Shown here: one piece after another, positions 23,781 through 35,210 of the stretch
Position numbering within the stretch: the first letter of the stretch is position 1
How the letters are laid out: each line of letters starts with the position of its first letter
Source of the DNA: Malacoraja senta
Taxonomy: Eukaryota
DNA: 64,000 bases
Reading direction: 5' to 3'
Assembly: GCA_038087875.1 (NCBI GenBank)
Contig: JAXLNO010005869.1
Span: forward strand, 310,001-374,000
Program-made: the position numbers and the translations under genes
The notes under the pieces: model-generated
The model's input: only the letters and a program-made list of their open reading frames with translations
Told to the model about the DNA's origin: nothing
The model's database searches: none

Positions 23781-24889
23781 GGAATAGTACAAGGTGTGCA
23801 GTCAAAGCTGGGACAATGAGAGTGTTCAGCACTGGGAACCTAAGCAGGTAAGCAGCTATGATCAGGGTATAATAGGGGGCCAGGTGTAAGGCTGGACTCG
23901 GGGTCAGGAATGAGAAGGTATGCAACTGGAGTCGGGGTCTGGAGTAGTACCAGGTGTGCAGTGAGATCCAGGTTGGTCAACATGGGCCACGTGCTTGATT
24001 ATAATCTGATTTCCATACATGAATACACTCAGATCATTCATGTGCTGCACCTGTTGATGAGAGCCTAGCTCTACTGTGGAATGTAATTAGGAATGTAATT
24101 TAGCCTAATCTTATTCATAGCTAATCCAATTTAAAGCATAAATATTGCATTCAAGTGTAATTTAATAGACTATCTACAGTATGCACCAGATTGCACAATT
24201 TCAAGCTGAAAAAATGACAAAGCTTCGTACCGTGGGAGGAGAGACATCCCACTCCCACACCCTCGCCCCCCCCCCCCCCCTTCGGTCGCTACGCTTGGCC
24301 TCTCACAATTTCTCACTCCCAACTCTCATCCAATGTTGGCAGCCCTGGGTTCATGATATTTGCAGTTTTGAATTCAATTTTCTGTTGGTAAGCGGTGTTG
24401 TGTAAATAGTGATATCACTGGGTGTGTCCTGGTGCTCAGTGTTATACATGCTAAAAAGTAATTAATGCAAAAAGTGCCCGGAACAACTTTTCCGGTGTAA
24501 CTAGTTTGATTAAATTGATCTTTGTTCAGAAAGATTCTAGTCAATAGATTCTAGGCCAATTGTTTGCTTTTTGGACCATGTATCCAGATTGGGCCACCTT
24601 TACATTGCTGTTGGGTTATCCTGAAAATGTAATGTGCCAGGGGAGTTTCTTCTTATCCAAATTGAATGGCAATTTCCTGAAACGTTACAAGATTTCAGAG
24701 ATGTGAACTTGGAGCCTATGAAATCTCTGGCAGACAATTTGTGCCAGGAGGAAATAAATGTGCTTGCATTCATAATAGTTCATATAGTTTTCCTGTTGAA
24801 CGGAGCCTTATGGGTTGCATTTTGAACTTGAATACCACACTCCGTTTCCAAGATATGTTGTAGCTCTTAAGCCAGCGTGTGAAATGAGT

Positions 24890-26405
24890 CACAGAGTATG
24901 GTCTATTGATAATTTTATTCATTTTTTTAAAGTTTGTAATATTTCAATTCATTAAGCAAGTTCTGCACTATTAGAATCAGCATTATGTTTCTGGACAAAA
25001 TTATCTTCTGCAATTTAATTTGTATAGTTCAGAATAAATTACAGGTTGTGCAAATAGTTTTATCCTCCGTACAATACATGGTCCTGTAAATCTATTAGGT
25101 AAAAAAAATCTTTTTCTACTGACAATTTTGTTTAATAACATTGTTTTCTATATAATAGGTCAATACTTCAATAAGCACATCATTTGGATATGGCATTTGG
25201 TAAGTAGTTTCTGGGTGGCTCACTGAAGATTTAAGGTGTATTAAAAGGTTAAGAGATTTTTCATAAAAACGCTGCAGTAAATCTTGGTACAATGCTTTCC
25301 AGTGATTAATCTCAGTTACACACTACACGTTCTTATACCACATCCAAAATTAAGCTTTGTAGCAATAATTTGTAGAATCAAGTACCACCAATGGAAGCAA
25401 AATCTGTGTTACAGTAATTGCTTGGTGGAATGCAGCAGATTCTTATAGTAGAAACCAGTATAAATATGCAGGCAGCTACTTTTAAAACAACTACTCAGCA
25501 ATATTGACTAGATATTTATGAAGCCCCCAGTGCCCAACTTTGCAAATTGCTCCAAGGCGAGAGTACATACAAGAGAAAGTATTTGAATAAAGATATCATT
25601 GCTAATATTTGTAAAATTGGAAGCACAATGTAAACACATTTCAGTATTATTTTGATGAAGTATTCAAACAGCAATTAGAATAAAGGGCTATAAAAGCTCC
25701 AGACTCTGAATCAAATTGGCAGATTAATAAAACGGCATAGTCTGATTTCATGTATAATCATTAATTGATAGAGAGGCATTAAGGATCCAGGGACTAAGAG
25801 GTCCAGTGTTTCTACAACTTAGAGGGAAAAGACACTCGTACTTTTCTGCATTTCAAAATGCCATCACAAACTTGTGGGGGGGGGGGGGGAAGTACCATTA
25901 TTAATGAATTAAATTCTTTATCCCTCCAATAGTTATTAGAAATACCCATATAATTTCAACGTGTGAAATTGGTATATTTTGTTTTGAACAATAAAACTCC
26001 CAAAGTCCTTTTTCTGCTGAGGCGAGAGTGCAGATGCAGTGCAGTGAAGCCAGCACAATCTCCAGACCGATTTCTGCACTGATGTGTATACTCTTGACCA
26101 TCATAAGAAAAAACCCATCTTACAAGGCATAACAGTCTGACCTACTTGGGAGAGAAGCTCAAAGATATCTGATGAGTGGTGTAGAAGTGAGATAGTCAAA
26201 AGGTAAGGAGTTACATTTGATGTCTCTGACCCAACATTTAATTACTTTCCAATATTCTTTATTAAACAGGTATATATAAACATTATACCACCTTCAAGCT
26301 GAGGGAGGAGAGTTTCAGTTGTTAATCAATCCTTATGGAATTTTGTTAGTGTGCAGATAAATGACTTTTGCATTGATGGGGAGAGTAGTTCTGACTGAGA
26401 ACCTT
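24890..26405 (-). other. TBC1D5: Probable TBC1D5 3' UTR with candidate polyA signals
   Basis: Repeat-free AT-rich sequence right after the stop codon; minus-strand AATAAA at 26258-26263 and 24914-24919. The UTR end is inferred. Confidence 0.55.
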
Positions 26406-26723
26406 TCAGATGTCCAAAGGGCTGACAATTGTGAAATCGGAATCCTTGCTGTTGCTGCTGTCGTCATCTGGACTGGATTCCGAGTTGCTGGATGGTAGGC
26501 ACAGAACCCCACCTGTCAGAGGGTCAGAGAAGACAGAAGACTGCGGTGTGTGTTTTCCAGTCGCTTCACAGGCATGGGATGCTCGTAAGGTTTGTTGTTT
26601 CTCTGATGTTGCTTCCAGTTTCTTGGGTAAGTGTTCATGCATTAAGTCATCATCCTCCTTTGAGACTAAGATGTAGTCATCTGAATTTCTACCATCTGAA
26701 TTCAGGGAAGTCAGCGACGTGAC
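26406..26723 (-). CDS. TBC1D5: TBC1D5 terminal coding exon
   Basis: atttag|GTC ACG...; VTSLTSLNSDGRNSDDYILVSKEDDDL...VFSDPLTG...SSPDDDSSNSKDSDFTIVSPLDI*; matches the TBC1D5 C-terminus (SDDFILISKDDD, FSDPL, KDSGFTIVSPLDI). Confidence 0.93.
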   Translation of the reverse strand, partial: VTSLTSLNSDGRNSDDYILVSKEDDDLMHEHLPKKLEATSEKQQTLRASHACEATGKHTPQSSVFSDPLTGGVLCLPSSNSESSPDDDSSNSKDSDFTIVSPLDI

Positions 26724-28333
26724 CTAAATCATAAATAAGGCATCAGATAAGAACCAGATTGCCGCCATCTTTCTTTTCTATTTTATGATGTAAAAATCAA
26801 AATATGTTCCCACTTTTCAATCATGCCAAACATCTAAGCTTTAAAATTAAGTTTATGATTCAAATACTTGCCCCGAGTGTATAGAATGTGAAACATACTG
26901 GTGTATGTGATCAATGGGCCTGTTTTCACTCTGTATCTCTAAACTGCTCTTCTTTGTTTAAATATATCTAACAATTATTTTTTTTAATAACTAATTAGAT
27001 GTAAATGTAATCAGAATTCTGCCCAGATTTTAAACCATTACATTGTTTATCAACTTCCATTTAAAATTTGGATGGTTGCTGAGTATTTCATATTCAAACA
27101 AATTTTATGCAAAAAATACATTTCCTTAATCTTCCAGTTTTTTTTTAATAACCTTTCGTTTACCTTCCATGGTATAGGTGCTACAGGCGAGATAGAAGTG
27201 GGGATAGAGGGTAAATTGCTTTATTTATTCAGGTGGAACATCTCGGCAGTATCTAAGATGACATTACTGAAGGCTTGTCCAATGGATTATATGGGTTAAG
27301 CTGGGAAATAAAAAGGGGTGATCACCTTGTTGGGATTGTATTATTGTCCCCAAATAGTCAACGGGAATTAGAAAAACAAATAGGTTGGGAGATTGTTGGC
27401 AGCTGCAAGAAAATTAAGGTTGTCATAGTATTGTCATAAAGCCCCTGTCCCACTTTCACGACCTCTGCCCTTGACTCATACTCGCAGCATGGTCGCCACG
27501 AGGTCGTAGGTAGGTCGTAGCAGGTCGTGATGCTAGTCGTAGGTACTCGTGGCATCAAGTAGGTCCCGGCGTTTTTTCTAGCCTGATAAAAAATATCCAC
27601 GCGTTAAAAAAAAAGGCCGGCATGGAAAAAATCGATACTTTTTACTCGTAGGTAGGTCGTGATGCTAGTCGTAGGTACTCGTAGGTGGTCGGAGGCAGTC
27701 GAAGGTAATAGCTCCGGGGTGAAAAAAAGGTCAGTACAAAAAAAAGGTTATTTAAACAGCAGAACGTCACCTCTGTCACTCCAAGGCATGTTCATTCATA
27801 GCTGGAGAGTTTTTTGGAGAGGAGACTTGTGTTTTAGAGATGGCACCAAAAAGGCAGCAGCGCAGGGGGAGGGCACAACCCTAAAAAAAACCCAGCCATG
27901 CAGATGTTGCCCACCCAGGAGGAGGTGATGCCACAGGAGGTGAGAGAGAGTTTATTGTCATGTGTCCCAGATAGGACAATGAAATTCTTGCTTTGCTTCA
28001 GCACAACAGAATTATAGAAGGCATGAATACAGAACAGATCAGTGTCCATATACCATTGTATAAATATATACACACATGAATAAATAAAACAGATAAAGTG
28101 CAAATAAACAGATAATGGGCTATTAATGTTCAGAGTTTTGTTTGAGTTGAGTTCAATAGCCTGATGGCTGTGGGGAAGTAGCTGTTTCTGAACCTGGACG
28201 TTGCAGTCTTCAGGCTCCTGTACCTTCTACCTGAAGGTAGCGGGGCGATGAATGTGTGGCCAGGATGGTGTGGGTCCTTGATGATGCTGCCAGCCTTTTT
28301 GAGGCAGCGACTGCGATAGATCCCCTCGATGGT

Positions 28334-28705
28334 GATAAAAACTTCCAAAATTCTTAAGGGGTTGGACAGGCTAGATGCAAGAAGATTATTCCCAATGTTG
28401 GGGAAGTCCAGGACAAGGGGTCACAGTTTAAGGATAAGGGGGAAGACCTTTAGGACCGAGATGAGATTTTTTTTTTCACACACAGTGGTGAATCTGTAGA
28501 ATTCTCTGCCACAGAAAGTAGTTGAGGCCAGTTCATTGGCTATATTTAAGAGGGAGTGGCCCTTGAGGCTAAAGGGGTCAGGGGGTATGGAGAGAAGGCA
28601 GGTACAGGATACTGAGTTGGATGATCAGCCATGATCATATTGAATGGCGGTGCAGGCTCTAAGGGCCAAATGGCCTACTCCTGCACCTATTTTCTATGTT
28701 TCTAT
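28334..28705 (+). mobile_element. CR1/HER1 3' fragment nested in Rex1
   Basis: GATGGT TSD (28328-28333, 28706-28711); (tttctatg)n tail. Confidence 0.9.
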
Positions 28706-29355
28706 GATGGTAGGGAGGTCAGAGCCGATGATGGACTGGGCAGTGTTTACTACTTTTTGTAGTCTTTTCTGCTCCTGGCGCTCAGGTTGCCAAACCAAGC
28801 CACGATGCAACCGGTCAGCATGCTCTCTACTGTGCACCTGTAGAAGTTAGAGAGAGTCCTCCTTGACCTACCGACTCTCCGTAATCTTCTCAGGAAGTAG
28901 AAGCGCTGATGTGCTTTCTTTATGATTGCATCAGTGCTCTCGGACCAGGAGAGATCTTCAGAGATGTACACACCCAGGAATTTGAAGCTCTTGACCCTTT
29001 CCACCATCGACCCATTGATATAAACGGGACTGTGGGTGCCCATCCTACCTCTTCCAAAGTCCACAATCAGTTCCTTGGTTTTGCTGGTGTTGAGGGCCAG
29101 GTTATTGTGCTGGCACCATTTGGTCAGTCGGTCGATCTCTCTTCTATACTCTGACTCGTCCCCATCAGTGATACGTCCCACAACAGTGGTGTCGTCAGCG
29201 AACTTGATGATGGAGTTCGCACTATGACCAGCTACGCAATCATGAGTATAGAGTGAGTACAGCAGGGGGCTGAGCACGCAGCCTTGAGGTGCTTCCGTGC
29301 TGATTGTTACTGACACCTTTCCACCAATTCGAACAGACTGTGGTCTCTGAATGAG

Positions 29356-30316
29356 TAATAGTAGTAATAGTAATATTATTGTCAATTCACATAATGTAAC
29401 GAGTAGTTACACAGAGGATTGAAATTGCGTTTCTCCATACTCCAATGTGCAAGTAATATTTATAAAACAGACAGACAGTGTACCAATAAAAGTAGACAAT
29501 GGACATATACATTATATAAAATAAAATATTCATTAATAAAAGGTGCAATATAGCATACTGTGCAAGTAGCATACTGCAGACATGAAGTTAATTTGGCAGT
29601 CAGTTGGTCTTTGTGTAATGTTCATGGAATTTTCTTGAGTGTGTTGAGTAGTCTGATGGCCTGAGGGAAAAAGCTGTTTTTGAATCTTGTGGTTTTGCTC
29701 CGCATGCTGCGGTAGCGCTTGCCGGATGGTAGGAGGGTGAACAGTTGATGTGCTGGGTGGGTGGTGTCTTTGATGATGTTAGTTGCTCTCTTGCGACAGC
29801 GAGATGGATATAAGTCTTGAATTGCTGGTTGGGGTGATCTAGTGATCTTCTCCACTGTCCTCACCACTCTCTGTAGGGCCTTCTGGTCAGCAGCAGAGCA
29901 ACTGCCATACCAGACTGAGAGACTGCTGGTAAGAATGCTCTCAATGGCACCCCTGTAAAAAGTTGTGAGGGCAGAAGGGGTGAGGTCGGCTCTCCTCATC
30001 CGTCGAAGGAAGTGGAGGCGTTGCTGTGCTTTCTTGACTAGGGAGATGGTGTTGGTGGACCATGTCTGATCATCTGTGATGTGTACTCCCAGGAACTTGG
30101 TGCTTTTCACAGACTCCACTGCACTGCCATTTATGGTGAGTGGGTTGTGTGCTGCCTGTTTCTTCCTGAAGTCCACAGTTATTTCTTTCGTTTTGTTGAC
30201 ATTGAGTTGAAGGTTATTGATGTCACACCAGTTGATGAGTTGTTGTACCTCCTCTCTGTAGGCTGAGTCGTCATCGTGGCTGATGAGGCCCACCACTGTT
30301 GTGTCATCTGCGAACT
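29356..30316 (-). mobile_element. Second Rex1-family LINE 3' fragment nested in the first
   Basis: TGAG duplication (29352-29355, 30317-30320); KFADDTTVVGLI…RSKTTRFKNSFFPQAIRLLN; (TTA/CTA)n tail. Confidence 0.88.
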
Positions 30317-31452
30317 TGAGGAAGTCGAGGATCCAATTGCAGAGAGATGCGCAGAGACCCAGTTCTGCGAGTTTGGTAACTAGCTTGGAGGGGATGATTT
30401 TATTAAATGCCGAGCTGTAATCAATGAATAACAGCCTGACATATGAGTTGTTGTTGTCCAAGTGGTCCAGAGCAGAGTGGAGAGCCAGCGAGATCGCATC
30501 CACCGTTGATCTGTTGTGGCGGTAAGCGAACTGCAGTGAGTCCAGGTTTTTGTTGAGGTAGGAGTTGATTTGCGTCATGATCAACCTCTCAAAGCACTTC
30601 ATCACAACCGACATTAGTGCCACTGGTCGATAGTCGTTGAGGCACGTCACCTTGCTCTTCTTGGGCACCGGTATTATTGATGCCCTTTTAAAGCAGGTGG
30701 GAAGCTCAGACCTCAGAAGTGAGAGGTTGAAAATGTCCGTAAAAACTCCAGCCAGTTGGTCCGCACAGGCTTTTAGAACACGACCGGGTATACCATCAGG
30801 TCCAGGCGCTTTTTGAGGGTTCACCCCTCTGAAGGATTTTCTGACGCCGGCCTCTGTGACTGTGACTGAAATACCATCACAGCGAATGGGGGCTCGAGAA
30901 GGCACGTCAGTGTTCTCCCTGTCAAAGCGTGCGTAAAACGCATTGAGCTCATCAGGGAGTGATGCTACGCCGACATACGAGCTACCTCCTGATTTCGCCT
31001 TGTAGGTGATTGCACTCAGGCCCCACCACAGCTGCCGAACATCTGTCTCATCCTCCAGATTGGAGCAGAAGTCCCTTTTGGCCTTTTTAATGGCCTTACC
31101 AAGGTCGTATCTGGACTTCTTGTAGACCACTGTATCATCAGACATGAATGCCCGGTGTCTGGTCTTCAGGAGAGTGCTGATCTCAAAGTTCATCCAAGGC
31201 TTCTGATTGGGAAACACTCGGAAGATTTTGTCGCGATGCAGTCCTCCACACATTTCTTTATGAAAGTCTGTAACGACTGTGGCGTATTCGTTCAGGTCCG
31301 TTGCCGAGTCCCTGAACATTGCCCAGTCTACAGACTCCAAACAGTCCTGGAGTTGTTCCTCTGCCCCCGCCCCCCCCCTCCCCCCAATGACCAGCTCTGT
31401 ACAGTCCTTACCTCTGGGGGTGCGCTCTTTAATTGCTGCCTGTAGGCAGGAA

Positions 31453-31742
31453 GAGGTAGCCCTGCATGAGAGACTCCTGGGGGAAGAGACCAGGGTGGTA
31501 GTATATGTCCCCACCACCACCCCATCCTTCACTGCCTCATTTGAAGGCAGCAAAGCAGCCCTTTCTCCTGTGTCTGACACAGCATCAGAGGCAGATGCCC
31601 CATTGGTGGTGAGGGAGGGCTGGAGGAAGGTTATGCCCTACAACTTCACCAGGCAGCAGGAGGGGGACCTTGAGGAATGGTTCCAGCAGAATGCCATCCT
31701 GTACGAAAAGGAAAATGAGGGGTACAGGGACAGAGACAAGAA
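31453..31742 (+). pseudogene. Harbinger Myb/SANT/MADF-like DNA-binding protein remnant (N-terminus at 27840-27941)
   Basis: YNFTRQQEGDLEEWFQQNAILYEKENEGYRDRDK, a trihelix/MADF-like pattern. Confidence 0.7.
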
Positions 31743-31977
31743 TGGCATGCTTGCCATCCACTGCCCCACATGTGTGCTTAAAGTTCCATCTTTTGTCAAA
31801 GCCTAGCGCCACTCTCTTCCAGTCATCTGGTGTACTGGGACAGTCCATCACATCATCTCCATTCACCCATTGAGACCTCTTCTTGTGCTTCCTCTTCACC
31901 CTTGCTCTTCCCCTTCTGCCTTTCTTAAAAGGCTGCTGAAGCAAAAGGGCTACTGCAAACAGCCGTAAAACGTACAT
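31741..31977 (-). pseudogene. Harbinger transposase remnant (DDE_Tnp_4/HARBI1-like)
   Basis: KKRSQWV joined to MDCPSTPDDWKRVALGFDKRWNFKHTCGAVDGKH (first catalytic D motif). Confidence 0.88.
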
Positions 31978-34155
31978 GGTCGAAGCCAGTCTTCAACATG
32001 GTCAAAGGAGGTCTTCTTCATAGTCGTGGGAGGTCTTCAACATAGACGTAGGAGGCCGTAGACATAGTCGTGGAAGGTCGTAGATTACCGCGACCTTGAT
32101 TATTTTTTTTAGGTCGTTTAAGGTCGTCAGAGGTCGCGAATTAGGTCGTGAAAGTGGGACGGGCTTTAAACATAGGATTTTAACTATGTCATTTAACTAA
32201 GTGTCATAGTACCAAGGCCTTAGATGGGGTAGAATTTGTCAAATATGTTCAGGAAAAGTTCCTCAGGCAATATGTGGAGGGACCTTACAAGGGAGAAGAC
32301 AAAGCTTCACCTGTTTCTGTGGAAATTAGGCTGGGCAAGCCACTGAAGTTTCAGTGGGTGAGCACTGGGACCAGCAACCAAAATGTCATTAGCTTCAAAA
32401 TAGTTAGGGACAGGGCAGGCCCACAAGTTGTGAATTAGCACAAGGCCGACTTTGATGACATTGGGAACTTGCAAAAGTTGATTGTAGGTTATTTGCAAGC
32501 AAGGGGACATCTGGAAAATAGGATGCTTTTAAAAGTGTGATAATGAGAGTTCAAGGAATGCATCTCCCTGTTGGAGAAAGGCTAGGCTGGTAGGAGTAAG
32601 GGACAATGGATGATGAGAGAATTTGAGGGTTTCGTCAGTAAATTATGTTTAATTCTCCTCAAATTGTGTTTCTTATTTTCTTTTTGTGCTTTTGTAATTG
32701 AATTCTGTCCTTGATTTGTGTATTGTGGTGTTTTTATATTTAATTTACTCCGATTATGTGTTTTGTATTTTTGTGATTTTATGCCTTGTAAGGTGTCCTT
32801 GGGTGTTAGAAACGCGCCAGCAAATAAAATGAATTATTGAAATGAAAAACATGGGAACAGTGAGCCCAGCAAATAAAATGAAAAACATGGGAACAGTGAG
32901 CCCAACATCTGTGGTAGGAATGTTACTGGAGAAGATCCTGAGGGATAAGATGTATGCATTTTGTGGACGGGTTGATTAAGGATAGTCGGCATGGTTTTGT
33001 AGGTGGGAGATCATGTCTCACGAAGTTGAGTGAGTTTTTTGCAGAAGTTACTAAGAAGGTTGATGAGAGCAACACTGCAGTCTTTATGGACTTCAGCAAG
33101 TCCTTTGATAAGGTTCCTCTTGGTAGGCTGCTGTAAAAGGTTGGATCATTTGGGATCCAGGTAGAGCTAGTTAACTGGATACAGATTTAACTTCATGGTA
33201 GGAAGCAAAGGGTGGTGGTGGAAGGTTGTTTTTCAGACTGGAGGCCTGTGACGTGAAGTGCCTCGGGATGGTGCTGGGTCCATTGGTGTTTACCAACCAT
33301 AGCAATGATTTGGATGAGAATGTATTAATCAGAGATGCAACTAACTCTAAAATAGATGGTATTGTACATGATGAAGATGGTTATCAACAATGCAGCAAGA
33401 TCCTGATCAGTTGGGCAAGTGGGCTGAGGAATTACTAATTGGAGGAATTTTGACAAAGATCTTTGTATCTAATCTCTTCTGCCTGCACCTAATCCATTTT
33501 CCTCTATATCCATGTGCCTAAAAATCTCAAATACCGCAATCGTTTCTGGCTCCACCAACACCCTGGCAGTGCTTTCCAGGCACCCACCACTGTTTAAAAA
33601 AAAAAAAAAACCTTGCCCCTTTCACCTGGAAGCTAGGCCCTCTAGTCTTTGACATTACCCTCTTCTGTATCCGTGCCTAATATATTCCGCTGTGCTGATG
33701 CAAAGCAAGAATTTCATTGTCCTATCTGGGACATATGACAATAAACTCTTTTGACTCTTGACTTGACTTCTCTTACATTAGGCATTCTAAACTTAAATCA
33801 CCAGCAATTTTTCATTTAATGTAACAGCACTGGGGTAAAATTGAGGAATGGAATGTTATTTTTAATAAGGAAATTAGAATTTAAGTGATGCTTTTGAATA
33901 GTCTAATCCATTCTTGATTTAATGTTAGGCCGAAGGCAATAGCACTTTAACTAGCTTGTGAAAATGATGGCACTGCATTAAAAGATCATTCAACAACTGT
34001 CATGTTCATTCTCTGGTGAACCATTCTACCGGTCCCAGCTGTAAGATGTGCTTTGTTGGCTATTTGTTGAACATGTTCTATAAATCTATTAGAAATTTAG
34101 TAAAATGCATCTTGTAAACCATTTAAAAACAGAGGCATATTCTTGGAAGTATTGT

Positions 34156-34580
34156 TTAAGAAGGAACTGCAGATGCCGGCAAATCGAAGGTACATAAAAA
34201 TGCTGGAGAAACTCAGCGGGTGCAGCAGCATCTATGGAACGAAGGAAATAGGCAACGTTTCGGGTCGAAACCCTTCTTCAGACTGATAGGGGGGGCGGGG
34301 ATAAGAAAGGAAAAAGGAGGAGGTGCCCGAGGGCTGAGGGAGAGATAGGAAGGGGAGGAGACAGCAGAGGCTAACAAAATTGGGAGAATTCAATGTTCAT
34401 GCCTCTAGGATGCAGACTCCCCAAGCGATATGAGGTGCTGTTCCTCCAATTTCCGGTGTCCCCCCCCCCCCACCCCCTATCAGTCTGAAGAAGGGTTTCG
34501 GCCCGAAACGTTGCCTATTTCTCCTTCGCTCCATAGATGCTGCTGCACCCGCTGAGTTTCTCCAGCATTTTTGTGTACCT
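34156..34580. mobile_element. Penelope-like insertion with inverted pseudo-LTR pair
   Basis: Arms ~34187-34295 and ~34470-34580 are reverse complements; 15-bp TSD TCTTGGAAGTATTGT (34141-34155, 34581-34595). Confidence 0.85.
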
Positions 34581-34739
34581 TCTTGGAAGTATTGTCCAGG
34601 ATGCCTGTCATCCTGGCCAATCACCTCTTCCATTCCCCCTTTTCCAGCGATATTGCCATGTATCTAGTTCTTAATTCGACCTCATTCCCTTTTCTTTCTC
34701 TATCGATGATGACGAATTTCCTCATATGAATTTCTAGGA

Positions 34740-35210
34740 ATTGAGTGAAAAAATGGCAGATCATTTTGCAGCAGTATAAGACCTTGGTAGGCCACATTGG
34801 AGTTGCAGAAGAGCTTTACCGGGATGTTGCCTGGATTTGAGTGTATTAGGATTGGACAAAATTTGATTGTGCTCTTTGCAGCATCAGAGGATGAAAGGCA
34901 ACTTGATTGAAGTTTATAAAATTATAAGGCAAGTGGAGTCAGCAACTTTTTCCAAAGTGGAAATGTCAAAAACTAGAGGGCATAAGTTTAAAAGAGATGT
35001 GAGACAAGCTTTAAAAACAAGTTTTATATGTCCCTGAAAAGCACCGCTAGAGAAGGTGGAAGCAAATACAATAGCAATATTTAAGAGGTATTTGGATAGG
35101 CACATAAATAGGCATGGAATGGAGGGCTATGGAACATGTGCAGGCAAATGGGATTAATTTAATTTGGCATCATGGTCAGTGCAGACGTGATGCCTGTTTC
35201 TGTACTGTAA
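34740..35210 (+). mobile_element. Old CR1 3' fragment
   Basis: gcagtataagaccttggtaggccacattggag…actagagggcataagttt…. Confidence 0.7.

Larger units (their letters stand above)
18477..24347 (+). mobile_element. Composite non-autonomous hAT-like DNA transposon carrying a TDP2-like exon, copy 2
   Basis: TIRs CAGAGCTGCCAAC / GTTGGCAGCCCTG; 6-bp TSD GGTTCA (18471-18476, 24348-24353); no transposase ORF; cargo includes a TDP2-like exon, CR1 pieces and a Rex1 LINE. Confidence 0.72.
27942..31452 (-). mobile_element. Rex1/Babar LINE inserted in the Harbinger DNA-binding gene
   Basis: GAGGT TSD (27937-27941, 31453-31457); [49 protein letters not shown]. Confidence 0.92.
27440..32166. mobile_element. 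Internally deleted Harbinger DNA transposon
   Basis: TIRs AGCCCCTGTCCCACTTTCACGACCT / AGGTCGTGAAAGTGGGACGGGCT; TAA flanks; GGTCGT subterminal repeats; convergent Myb/MADF-like and transposase remnants. Confidence 0.9.
27160..33440 (+). mobile_element. Old CR1 LINE (27160-27436 + 32170-33440) split by a Harbinger insertion
   Basis: EN segment GVITLLGLYY…KVVIV resumes after the insertion as GF-N…LDGVEFVKYVQE; RT motifs HGFVGGRSCLT, MDFSKSFDKVP. Confidence 0.75.
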
